Below are positions 24,601 to 36,600 of a stretch of 64,000 bases of DNA, piece by piece (the first letter of the stretch is position 1; every line of letters begins with the position of its first letter). Source of the stretch: Stylophora pistillata (taxonomy: Eukaryota); NCBI RefSeq assembly GCF_002571385.2, contig NW_019218122.1, positions 6,377 to 70,376 of the forward strand, written 5' to 3'. The notes under the pieces are model-generated. The model had not been told where the DNA came from. It made no database searches and was given only the letters and a program-made list of their open reading frames with translations. The translations under genes were made by a program, and so were the position numbers.

Positions 24601-27600
24601 AGATATATTTATTCTTATTACTTTTCTACTGAATATTGTATTGATATGGTAAGGGGAAATTTTAACTTGGTCACTTATGAGAGCTAAAGGATTGAACCTG
24701 AATCTGAAGCATGGAAATCTGGCCGCCGCATACCTAAGTTCAGATAAAGTGTGACCCTTCCAAAATGTTCAAGTCCAAAATATCCAGTGTTGTCATTATT
24801 GAACAGATGCTAATTGTGTTGTTTCTCATTTCTTTCGTGTTCAGATTAACTTGCATGCACCTTCCATTTTCTTCAAAGTGGCTGTATGTTGGTACAGAAA
24901 AAGGAAATGTTCATGTTGTAAATATTGAGAGTTTTGAGCTATCAGGATACACAATAAATTGGAATAAAGTAATAGAAATGTGAGTACTGTTATACTTAAA
25001 AAAAAAATACAGAAACAACAGCATTTTGAATAAAAATCACATTACATAGTTTTATGAGTTGGCTATAAAGTAATTTCAAGTTTTTCAAACACATTTATGT
25101 TATCATCACTTCACGGGTTTATTGTGAACCGACACAATGACCAGCTCCCAGTTGGCTTGTTAGCTTAGTTGGTAGAGCATTGCACTGGTAGAGCAGAGAT
25201 CAGTGGTTCAAATCCCTTACAGGCCTGAAATTTTTTCAGGCCTTATTTTCACTATTGTTTTAAAAGTAGTATTAATAACTGTGAAGATCGCTCTCATACA
25301 AACTTTTCTGGTATATTTGAATAGTTTTGTTTCATTATGTTTATTGGCTGGTTGTAAGAACCTAAACTACCCTTTCTACCCTTATACACCCTAACATCGG
25401 CATGGATATTCCCCCTACTATTCTTTATACCTTTTCTGAAGGAGTTGGCAAGGAAGAATTGTTTAACAGTTGAGAGTTGTGAATGTGTGATTCAGCAGTG
25501 TCGACGGGATGTTCTATGCTTCAAGGATTTCTTAGTGTATGGAACAAAGAAAGAAACAAATAGATTAACTAATTTAACATTTTAACTTTATTAAAAACGT
25601 GTAAGAGGGGTCATTTTATGAATTTACCTGATTGTTTTTTTGTTATTCTCATTTATAGAAAATGTAAGTCTCACCCAGGTCCAGTTGTACATATAAGTGG
25701 TAATCCAGTGGACCCTAATAAGGTAGGAGCCAGTCATGGTCAGTTTATGTTTGCAGCCCCACTACATCACTGAATTCATCTAGTGGAGGAAGTAATACTT
25801 CTCATCATTTCACTCTCTTCGAGGAGCTTTACAGTCTTCAGTAGAATGTTTGGGGAACCCTTCATCAACAAATCACCCCTCTTCTTCCTCTTTATTGGAG
25901 AACTTGGCACTTTGTTTATGTAGTTTATAGATAGTAATGGGCTGGGGAAGTGAGGGGAAGAGAATCGAGAAGGTCAGTGTGGCTGTTCAGATCTATTTTA
26001 AAGATATCATTGTAAATTTCCTTCTCCTTCCCCCACTGTAACATTGCTTCATAGGGGACATGGAATCTTTTTTATTTACTCAGTAGATAATTATCTGCAG
26101 GGGATAAGAAGGGGGAGGAGGTCAGTGTACCTGTTCAGATTTAGTTATCAACACCTGGTTGCTTTAGAGCACGTGTCTCCCATGTTTTTGTCAAAGATTC
26201 TAGACTTGTCTGGTAGTACAAGTACATGGATTGCTGGCTCTAAATTTTTTAGTTTATATAATTTTTTGTTTAATATTTGATAGATTTATGCATTGATCTG
26301 TTTTAAAATGCATTTATTTTGCAGTTGCTTTTAGGTTTTGAGTCTGGCACAGTTGTTGTTTGGTCCCTCAGAGGGAAGGCAGTAGAGCATAGATGTGTCT
26401 GTGCTCAGGTGAGTTGTCAAAGATCAAACTAGGTAGGATTTGTCAGTTTGGTAGATATTTCAAGGAATAATATACTGACATGTGCCTTTTCACATTGCTT
26501 CACCACTATCTAGAGACTCAGCCTCTAGAGACTCAGTAAATTGTGACCTTGATGTTTGATTTGAGGGTGATATTTTGGTGACAAATTTTATGCTAGTACA
26601 TGGAAGGGTTCAAAGGGTTGTTAATGTTTGTGAGAAGAGGAAGATCTGTGCCTTCATACACGTAGCAGGGTTCCTGCACTCCTTGAATTTAATTTTTTTG
26701 TTTTCAAGGGCTTGAAAACCCTTGAATTTAGACTCAGGTCCTTGAAAATTTCTGAAAAGTCCTTGAAAATAAGTGCAGATGAATCAAAGTTGAAGTTTTC
26801 TCTTGTTTTTGGTGTTGAAGGGCAAGTTTTTAGCATGGATGGCAAAAATGAGTTTTCCTTTCAAATTCTGTGTGCGATTATAATGTTGACACATGATTTT
26901 TATATACATGTATTTTGTACCTGATTGGTGGTTTGAAAGTAATGGTTACCTAGCACATCATCACTCTGATGTGCATGCTGAAAGTCACACTCGCTGGACT
27001 TTTTGGTCAGTCCTGCACACAATGTTTTTTATTTCTATCAGCTCCTAAAAGGTCCTTGAATCTGAGAGCCAAGGTCCTTGAGAATGACCTAAAAAGTCCT
27101 TGAAAGTCCTTGAGTTGGGTTTTGGAAAAAGTGCAAGAACCCTGATACATGTAGGATTGAGAATCGATTTACCCGGTAATTGACAATGTAATTGATTTGG
27201 GATTTGTATTAAAGATTAAAGATTTAAGTCTTCATATTCTATATACAAGGCTAAAAGATTAGGAAAAAAATTATTAAAAAGTTTAAACCAAACGGTTTCG
27301 GCTGTTTGCCATCATCAGGGTTGAAAATAATGACCGTCTTTACATATATATATATATATATCTTATGTGATTCCCGATGGGAAAAGTTTGGAGACATAAG
27401 AAATAACTTGTTTGTTCAAACTGGGGTGGAATTGTTGGACCATTGGCCCCTCTACGATCCTACGTTTGTGGAATGTTTCTGCCGATTTTTCCTCAAGTGT
27501 TTTGCAGGTTCAGAGGTGTGAGTAGGATTTGAATGCTCAGCAATATATACTGCTAAATTTCTCACAGTTTTGCCAGTGTAATCAACGCCACATATATGTA

Positions 27601-30600
27601 TGTACAGACGGTCATTATTTTCAACTCTGATGATGGCAAACAGCTGAAAATGTTTGGTTTAGACATTTTAATAAATAAATTTTTTTCCTATCTTTTAGCC
27701 TTGTATATAGAATATCTTTTATTAAGCGAATATATATGGACATTAAGTCTTCATGTTCCTTTTCTTTTTGTTTCATTCTGTTTTCCTCAGGCTGTGTTGC
27801 CTTTAATTTAGGCTCCACTGTTTGGTAACTCATTTATCATTAAATGACTGGCTTGTTTTTTCTTCATTTAATTAGCCAGTGATCTCAGCATATTGGTTGA
27901 ATGATGGAAAACAGTTCATATGCTCTCATAGTAATGGTACTTTATCAGTATGGAATCTCAAAAACAGTGATAAACCAGTCGAGACATTAACTCCACATGG
28001 TAAGTCATATTTTAGCTAGGATGTGCTTGTATCAACCTCTGAAAGAACACATCAGTCAAACTCCATGAAGAGCACCCGAGTTTGCCATTGCAATCCTGTA
28101 CCAGAAGATAGGTCACACCCTGTGTTAAGCTGCCTACAATATTCTTGAATTTTTTTTTTTTCGTAATTATCTCTGATCAATTGATATCCAAGTTAGCTGT
28201 CTCCATACAAGAGAGTCCATTGAAAGAGCTTTCATTACACATACAAAATATATGCAATACATAGTTTACACGTATATCTGATATCCGAAACCAAAAACAT
28301 TTACTATCTTAGGCAAAAGTGACAAAGGAAGACCATGTCAGCCCATTTTCAAGGTGCAGTGGCTAGCAGTGAGTTCAGGGTATGTGTTGTGGTTCATATT
28401 ATGCCAGCTTGATCACTGGTAGCCTCCCGGTTAGCTCAATGGATAGAGTGCGGGAGGTTGAGGGTTTGAGCCCCGGCTGGACCAACACTCAAGGTCTTAA
28501 AATAATTGAGAAGAATGTGCTACCTTTCTATAGCAGCAAAAAATGGTTAGATATTCTAGTCTTCTCGGATAGGGACGAATAAATGGAGGTCTCATCTCCT
28601 GCAGGGTTAGGGGTAGGAGACTAATTTCCCGCGCACGAGATTACTGTGTGATGGCTGTCCTCCCCTGGGGTGGGATGGACGGGTTTGTTGGAGCTTAAAC
28701 CTCGTAGGGGACCTATGTCCTATTGTTTCTGCTCCAGTACTTTGTACAAATCCTTAAATACTAATACTATACAATACTATAAAATGTGTGGCAGTCAATT
28801 GAGGTTTAATTGAAATGGCTCTGCCAGGGTGTAATATGTGAAATGCTTTCTTGAATAAATGTGCATTTGAATGGAGTTGTGTTCAAAAAATGGTCTCAAG
28901 TTGTTATGATCATGTTGAAAAAAAAAATGTTTGAACTGTAATTAAAAGTGCAAGGTTTTTAAGCAAGATTAAACTTGCATATAAATGGCTTGTTTCTGTC
29001 AAGGATTATTAGCTATTATATAGCTGGCAGTGCGCATGGGCAAGATTAAGTGAAGACTGTGCTCTGATTGGGTACCTGGGATTGCCCATATTGATCCGCC
29101 GCAGGAAAAAAGTGTGTGAAGTTGACTTACAAAGCTCATAACTTTTGGATAATGTTGGTAATGAAGTCACCAAATGCAGCAGAAGACAGTCAAAACAGAG
29201 ACAATTTAACAAATATTATGATGTGAGCATACAAATGTTGAATACTCAATTTTTTGAGTTAATTATTTAGACCTACATGCAATAACTATTGTGTAAGATT
29301 TCACCATCTATGAAAAAAATTGGTTTGCAGAGATCCATTGATGATATTCTCAGGGGGGACGTGTGGTAGCAAGAAGAAAGCACTGACATTAATGCAAGGA
29401 AGTCGCTCCATAAAAGTTCTGTGCACAGACACTGTGGTGGACTTTGTTTGTATCAATTCTACTCCATGGGGAGAAGGTAACTTGTCTTAGCTTCTTTAAT
29501 TTAAAATAAAATTGAATTCACTTTCTTTCATCATGACATGACTGCTACTAACAGCAGGGCATGATCATTTTTTTCCTTCTTCAAAATGTTGTTTCAAGAC
29601 TAACTTTTTGTTAAAAGCTAAAAAAGTCAACCCCATCTCTTCATTACTGGCTTGATGTAACATTTTAAATTAGCTTGGTCACTCAAAATTACATATGGAT
29701 TTGCACCAGCATATGTAAACAAGCTATCATTTCATTGCTTTCAAAAAGATTTGAAGTAGGTGGCTACCTCTGTATAGAACCCACCGGAGAGTAGTATGAG
29801 AAGCCCAGGACGATATCTCTCTGGGGAGAAAATTTACAAACTGTGATCTTTATGAAGGTTGTTTTACCTATTTCTAGGAAAACAATATTTATAAGCCACA
29901 GAGAAATCATCATTGTCTTGTCAATGAAACACATGAGGCCATGACGGAGTTTATTTTCCGTTAAAGTTGGCAATCAAAACTTTTAAGTATAGAAATTCAC
30001 TAGTAAGAATTACGGTGTTAAGACAGACAATGAACTTATAATATGTTACTTGTAGTTTGTGAAACTTGTACACAAAGACTTGATGAAAAGGGTCACATAA
30101 AATCATGCTAACTTTTTATGTAGACAGATAATAAAATGAGTTATTACATGACTCGGGCAGTCAGAGGACCAATAACTAAAATCAACCAATCAAAATGCTC
30201 TATTGCCGGTCAATATTCTCTCAGTATTGGACCGGGCACTGTCCCAAATGGTCCCAAATGATACCACACTTGTGTCCCTTTGAACTTCAGTCGTATAATA
30301 AATCTCTTATTAACCAAGGTTGCGCGGGACCGTACTGGAAGAATATCGGCCCTCGGTCTTTTTTGTACAGACCTTGCTGCGCTTGGTCTGTACTGTCAAG
30401 ACCTCAAGCCAATATTCTCCCAGTATGGCCCTCGCGCTTGGTTAATAAGATATATATACCTTCCATTTGTTAACAGGCAAACCTATAGCTTGACACACAG
30501 GCGAGGTGGCTATGGTGTCAGCTTTTACATGAAATAAATTAAAATAGTAACTTTATCACTTCTAGCAGCAAATGTAGTGTTTATTTTATCAAAAGATCAG

Positions 30601-33600
30601 ACTCCAAGTGTTCAGTGGCTGTTTTTGTTTCTTTATTTGTAGTTAAGCCTCAGAGAAGTGTTTTTCTACGATCATGACAAATTTGTGTAAAAGTTCCAAA
30701 TTTGATTTGCACATGTGAATTTATCTACAAACATAAAAAATTGATTTTCAAGGTTGACCTCTAAGTAATACTTGAGAAGAAACTATCTTTGTTCATTTGT
30801 TGGAAATTATTTGATCATTCTAGTACAGCACGAAGTTGTTTTAAAGTTATTTCTATCAGTAACTAACGATGCGACATTAATTTTTCTACTACGTGGTTGA
30901 TAAATTTAATTTATGCAAAAGCACATGACACAAAGAGAAGTAAATGGCTTGGGTTACACTGAATGACAAAAAACCTTCAGTGAATGAATGAATCAAACAG
31001 ACAGATAACCAAAATTGTAGTGTTTTTCTTACTATCCCAAGAAAAGAAACCATCTAAATGAGGTGAATAGGTCAATAATATATTAATTACTATTTTCTAT
31101 TTTCTCTTTTGTTTGGATTGACGACTTGAGCGTGGTGAAATATGCCCGGTGATTCACAACAGAATACCCACCAGAGCTCCAGCAGGTGCTGGGTCTTATA
31201 AAAAGCACTGTCATTTCAGTAATAATTACCTCAGCCATTACCGCGGGGAAGTGATTCCAATCTGTGATAAGTTTCAAAGACTACCAGTCCTAAAAACAGT
31301 TACATGTGTACTTATAGTGCCAGATCTTTCTCTGTGATTGCACAGAGGCTGCATTGACAACTTCTCAAATATCATTAACAGTGTCCTAATGAAGACTGTT
31401 TGAAATCAAGACTATAGAACTTTCTTGTCAAGAAATAATTTGGATATATCAACAAAGTTGAAATGGTAAATTGTCAAGAAATTGATTTCAAGGAAATTAG
31501 AACAGAGCTGGTATAGCTTCTATTTGCTTGCTTCATTGTGCAACAATTCGGTATTTTTCTCTGGTCATTCTTTTACTTATGAGGTCACCTTCGATTCACA
31601 CACTACTAACTTTGAAAATAAGATTCTGCACAAGTCTTTTTAAGGCTCTGAGCTCAGCATTATAAGTAAACTCTTACAGCCCTTCTGCCTTCTTTTCCTT
31701 GCAGATGCACAAGATCCTAAGGCTGTGGTCGTGTTAACTCCTGTAAAGCTTCTGGTGTTTGACTTACTCTCAGCTTCTGCAAAGTATGTTATGCACAAGC
31801 ATTGATTGGGATTGAAACATGCTGTAGTTTGGAGTGGCTTAATTATTCCTTTACACCTTAACATCAGTATTTATTCTTCACACTGTATTCTATACATTTC
31901 TTATGGTGCTGAGGAGGAGATATTGTTTATTATTACACGACTCGGGCTGTCATAGGGCCAATAACTAAAATCAACCAATCAAAATGCTCTATTGCTGGTC
32001 CAATATTCTCTAAGTATTGGACCGGGCACTCTCCCGAATGGTCCCGAATGATATTGCACTTGTGTCCCTTTGAACTTCAGTCGTCTGATAAATCTCTTAT
32101 TAACCAAGCTTGCTCAGGACCATACTGGAAGAATATCGGCCCGCGGTCTTTTTTGTATGGACCTTGCTGTGCTCAGTCTGTACTGTCAAGACCTCGGGCC
32201 GATATTCTCCCAGTACAGCCCTTGCGCTTGGTTAATAAGATATATGTAATTAATGTAGAACTTCTTTGGTTGGTGATTATTTCCTTTTAATTATTCTTGT
32301 GGCCTTAAGATCTAACTGTTAATTCTCCCCTCTAGCAGCTACACATTTCTTCATAAATTAGCTATGAGAGTCTGGTGTTAGAACAAGAAAAAAAATTCTA
32401 CCTGATAAGTTTCTAATTGTGGAAAGTCATAAAGAAATAATGAGGAAGATGCTAGGCTTTTAAACTTTGTCTACAATAATGGGTGAATGGTTCTAATATG
32501 CAGTGTCGATGTGAGATGAATCCTTCCCACTAATGTAGATTAAAGCTGGTTTTACCCTCTTGTTGTGTGGGTTGGTTGGTTTTAAGATGACAGCCCTTTC
32601 ATATTATGCAGTTGTAGTGAAATTCTCACTTGATGTTTTGAAAATTATGTTACAGGTCCACTGCAATGGAAGTACCTTACACATTTAACATCCATGAGTC
32701 TCCCGTCACTTGCACACAGTTTTACAGTGAGTGTCCACGGGACTTTATGATGGCTTTGGGGTCAACAGCCAGCAGTCGCACACGAAAAAGACAGTTGCAA
32801 AGGGGAGAAAGTACTCAGGTTTGTGCATGTTTTTGTGATGATCTAATGTACTGCATTTTAATAATATCATCTTATTTCCTTTCAACTTTACAGAATTATA
32901 CAGTCTGTCACTGCTGAAAGTAACTATGAAAGAAGACAGATTCTTAGTTTATATACTGATCAGAAATTAGCTTTTATTTATAGTGAATAGATAATGAAAG
33001 GTGGTAGATTCAAAACTCAATTATAAAAGAAGGAAAGATTTTGTTCATTTGTCATAAGTGGGGAACAAAAGCACCTCTGGGAAGGACTCACCATTTAACT
33101 TTGAATTTGTGGGTTCAGTGTCGTTTAGCACTGGGCCACAGAGAGTTTTTCTGAGCTAGGCCAGAGGTTCATGCAAGCATCTTTCATACTGCTAGGATCA
33201 GCAATGTAGAAAGTGAGATAGAATAAATATATGAAAATCATATATTTTGAACTGCGGTATTTGATACGTATGATGGACGATCCTCGCAGTAGATAGCGCT
33301 ATTTGAGCAATAGCGAAATTCAGACCTGAAAAAAATCAGGCCTGTACGGGACTCGAACCACTGACCTCTGCGATACTAGTGCAGCGCTCTAACCAATTGA
33401 GCTAACAAGCCAACTGAGAGCAGGCCGTTAAGTTGATTCGTAATGAACCCGTGAAAGTGATAAATGAGATAGAATAAATATATGAAAATCATATATTTTG
33501 AACTGCGGTATTTGATACGTATGATGGACGATCCTCGCAGTAGATAGCGCTATTTGAGCAATAGCGAAATTCAGACCTGAAAAAAATCAGGCCTGTACGG

Positions 33601-36600
33601 GACTCGAACCACTGACCTCTGCGATACTAGTGTACAGCTCAACGGCCTGCTCTCAGTTGGCTTGTTAGCTCAATTGGTTAGAGCGCTGCACTAGTATCGC
33701 AGAGGTCAGTGGTTCGAGTCCCGTACAGGCCTGATTTTTTTCAGGTCTGAATTTCGCTATTGCTCAAATAGCGCTATCTACTGCGAGGATCGTCCATCAT
33801 ACGTATCAAATACCGCAGTTCAAAATATATGATTTTCATATATTTATTCTATCTCATTTATAAATTCAGACCTGAAAAAAATCAGGCCTGTACGGGACTC
33901 GAACCACTGACCTCTGCGATACTAGTGCAGCGCTCTAACCAATTGAGCTAACAAGCCAACTGAGAGCAGGCCGTTAAGTTGAATCAACTTAACGGCCTGC
34001 TCTCAGTTGGCTTGTTAGCTCAATTGGTTAGAGCGCTGCACTAGTATCGCAGAGGTCAGTGGTTCGAGTCCCGTACAGGCCTGATTTTTTTCAGGTCTGA
34101 ATTTCGCTATTGCTCAAATAGCGCTATCTACTGCGAGGATCGTCCATCATACGTATCAAATACCGCAGTTCAAAATATATGATTTTCATATATTTATTCT
34201 ATCTCACTTTCTACATTGCTGATCCTAGCAGTATGAAAGATGCTTGCATGAACCTCTGGCCTAGCTCAGAAAAACTCTCTGTGGCCCAGTGCTAAACGAC
34301 ACTGAACCCACAAATTCAAAGTTAAATGGTGAGTCCTTCCCAGAGGTGCTTTTGTTCCCCACTTATGACAAATGAACAAAATCTTTCCTTCTTTTATAAT
34401 TGAGTTTTGAATCTACCACCTTTCATTATCTATTCACTATAAATAAAAGCTAATTTCTGATCAGTATATAAACTAAGAATCTGTCTTCTTTCATAGTTAC
34501 TTTCAGCAGTGACAGACTGTATAATTCTGTAAAGTTGAAAGGAAATAAGATGATATTATTAAAATGCAGTACATTAGATCATCACAAAAACATGCACAAA
34601 CCTGAGTACTTTCTCCCCTTTGCAACTGTCTTTTTCGTGTGCGACTGCTGGCTGTTGACCCCAAAGCCATCATAAAGTCCCGTGGACACTCACTGTAAAA
34701 CTGTGTGCAAGTGACGGGAGACTCATGGATGTTAAATGTGTAAGGTACTTCCATTGCAGTGGACCTGTAACATAATTTTCAAAACATCAAGTGAGAATTT
34801 CACTACAACTGCATAATATGAAAGGGCTGTCATCTTAAAACCAACCAACCCACACAACAAGAGGGTAAAACCAGCTTTAATCTACATTAGTGGGAAGGAT
34901 TCATCTCACATCGACACTGCATATTAGAACCATTCACCCATTATTGGAGACAAAGTTTAAAAGCCTTTTTTTTCAGGTCTGAATTTCGCTATTGCTCAAA
35001 TAGCGCTATCTACTGCGAGGATCGTCCATCATACGTAATGTAGAAAGTGTCTGACTGTAAATGAATTAAGAAAAACACTCTAACTTTTCTGCTGGTTCGT
35101 TAAATAAAATTTAATATGTAGTTAATAATTTAAAGTTTTAACATACAAGAAATAAAAAAAAGAAGATACTCCACAATTATCTCTTTGCATGTTTTGAAGG
35201 TGTGGTATACAATTGTGTATTATGCCAGTCCACATGTTGAAATATTTTGTTTTAAGGCCTGGCCCATAGCTGGAGGTATTTTAGGAGAAGCTCTAGAGAA
35301 TAGCACCACTGAGCTCATAATTACTGGGTGAGGATTTTACTTTCTCAGTAAATTACACTGTATGGAAGTTTTAATTTTTGCTAAAAATGAATTGATTGTT
35401 GTTGAATAAAGTTAAGGATCTCAAGATTATTCAGCAATGTTCACTCAGCCTGAGCTGAGGCATTGAACTGTTAACAGTGTAAAAGTATAAATGTTGTTAT
35501 ATTTCTCTTCAATGAACTTGTCATGCATCAAAGAACAAAATCACCTAGCTTGTTGTCAACTGCACATGACAAAAATGAAAATTGAATGAAACAAGATGGT
35601 CACAGTGAACATTCAATTAGAACGAAGCATTGAGCCAGGTTGAATGTCTAACAAGGAGCCAATTGCAGCCAGTTTAATCTGAAAAGTTTAGCCCCCCCCC
35701 CTGCTGTTATCACCTTGCTTAGGGTGATTACATAGAGATGTGACACGATTCTCCACTGATCAGAGGAGAGAATCTCAAAAATCACTTTTCTGAGTAAATT
35801 TGATATACCATTCAAATTTACCCATGACTCTTCCTGAATTTCAAATGGTAACAAGCATGCTGTAATTTTTTTCTGGCCATTTTTGTTCTTGTAGAGGATT
35901 TGTCCAAAAACCAATAAGTGTTGAAGCATTCATGATACAGTCAAACAGTTAATGAATTTAAGTTGTCAGACTTATGTTAGCAAGGCCTTTGTTTTTTGTT
36001 GTTTACCTGAGTACTTAGCTTCAGCACTATCAAATGCCAAACCTAATCCAAGAAAATTGCATTTGTTTGCTATTAATATTTTCAAGATAGATTCTTTATC
36101 ATAACAAAAGCCCCCTTTATTTGTTGTAGTCATTCAGATGGATCTGTAAAGTTCTGGGAGGCTTCATCAGGTTAGCTTTACATTATTAAACTGCATGATA
36201 ATGTCGTCAGAATGTGTGTGATTAGGTATATAGTTAACCCTTTAATTCCCAGAAGTGATTAACATGGAACTTCTCCCTATAATATCCACACTATTCAGCA
36301 AACAGGTTATGAGAATACACAAACTTATCAGGAAGCAAAAATAGAGGTTGATATAATTATGTAGCCAATGCAGTAATTCTTAGCTTCCAAATAGTGATCT
36401 CATTTTTCTGTCTTATGTATTTTAACAGCGGTCTTAAAATGTCTTTACAAGCTTTCAACAAGTAAAGTTTTTGAAAAGAGCTCAAGTCAAGCTGAGAGCA
36501 GTGATGCCAATGACCATTCTGAAAGTAGCAGTAGCAGTGATCATTCTCCACCCTCCATGGTTGACATTGATTGCTATGCTGTCAACATGATCAAACTGTG

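Noticed and set aside
33215-34207. tRNA genes
   Set aside because: The tRNA-like heads are embedded in longer repeated units with constant flanks and a degenerate relative at 25105. They are SINE-like repeats, not callable tRNAs.
34503-34754. Independent minus-strand gene
   Set aside because: Exact inverted copy of tomosyn exon 12 plus intron sequence.
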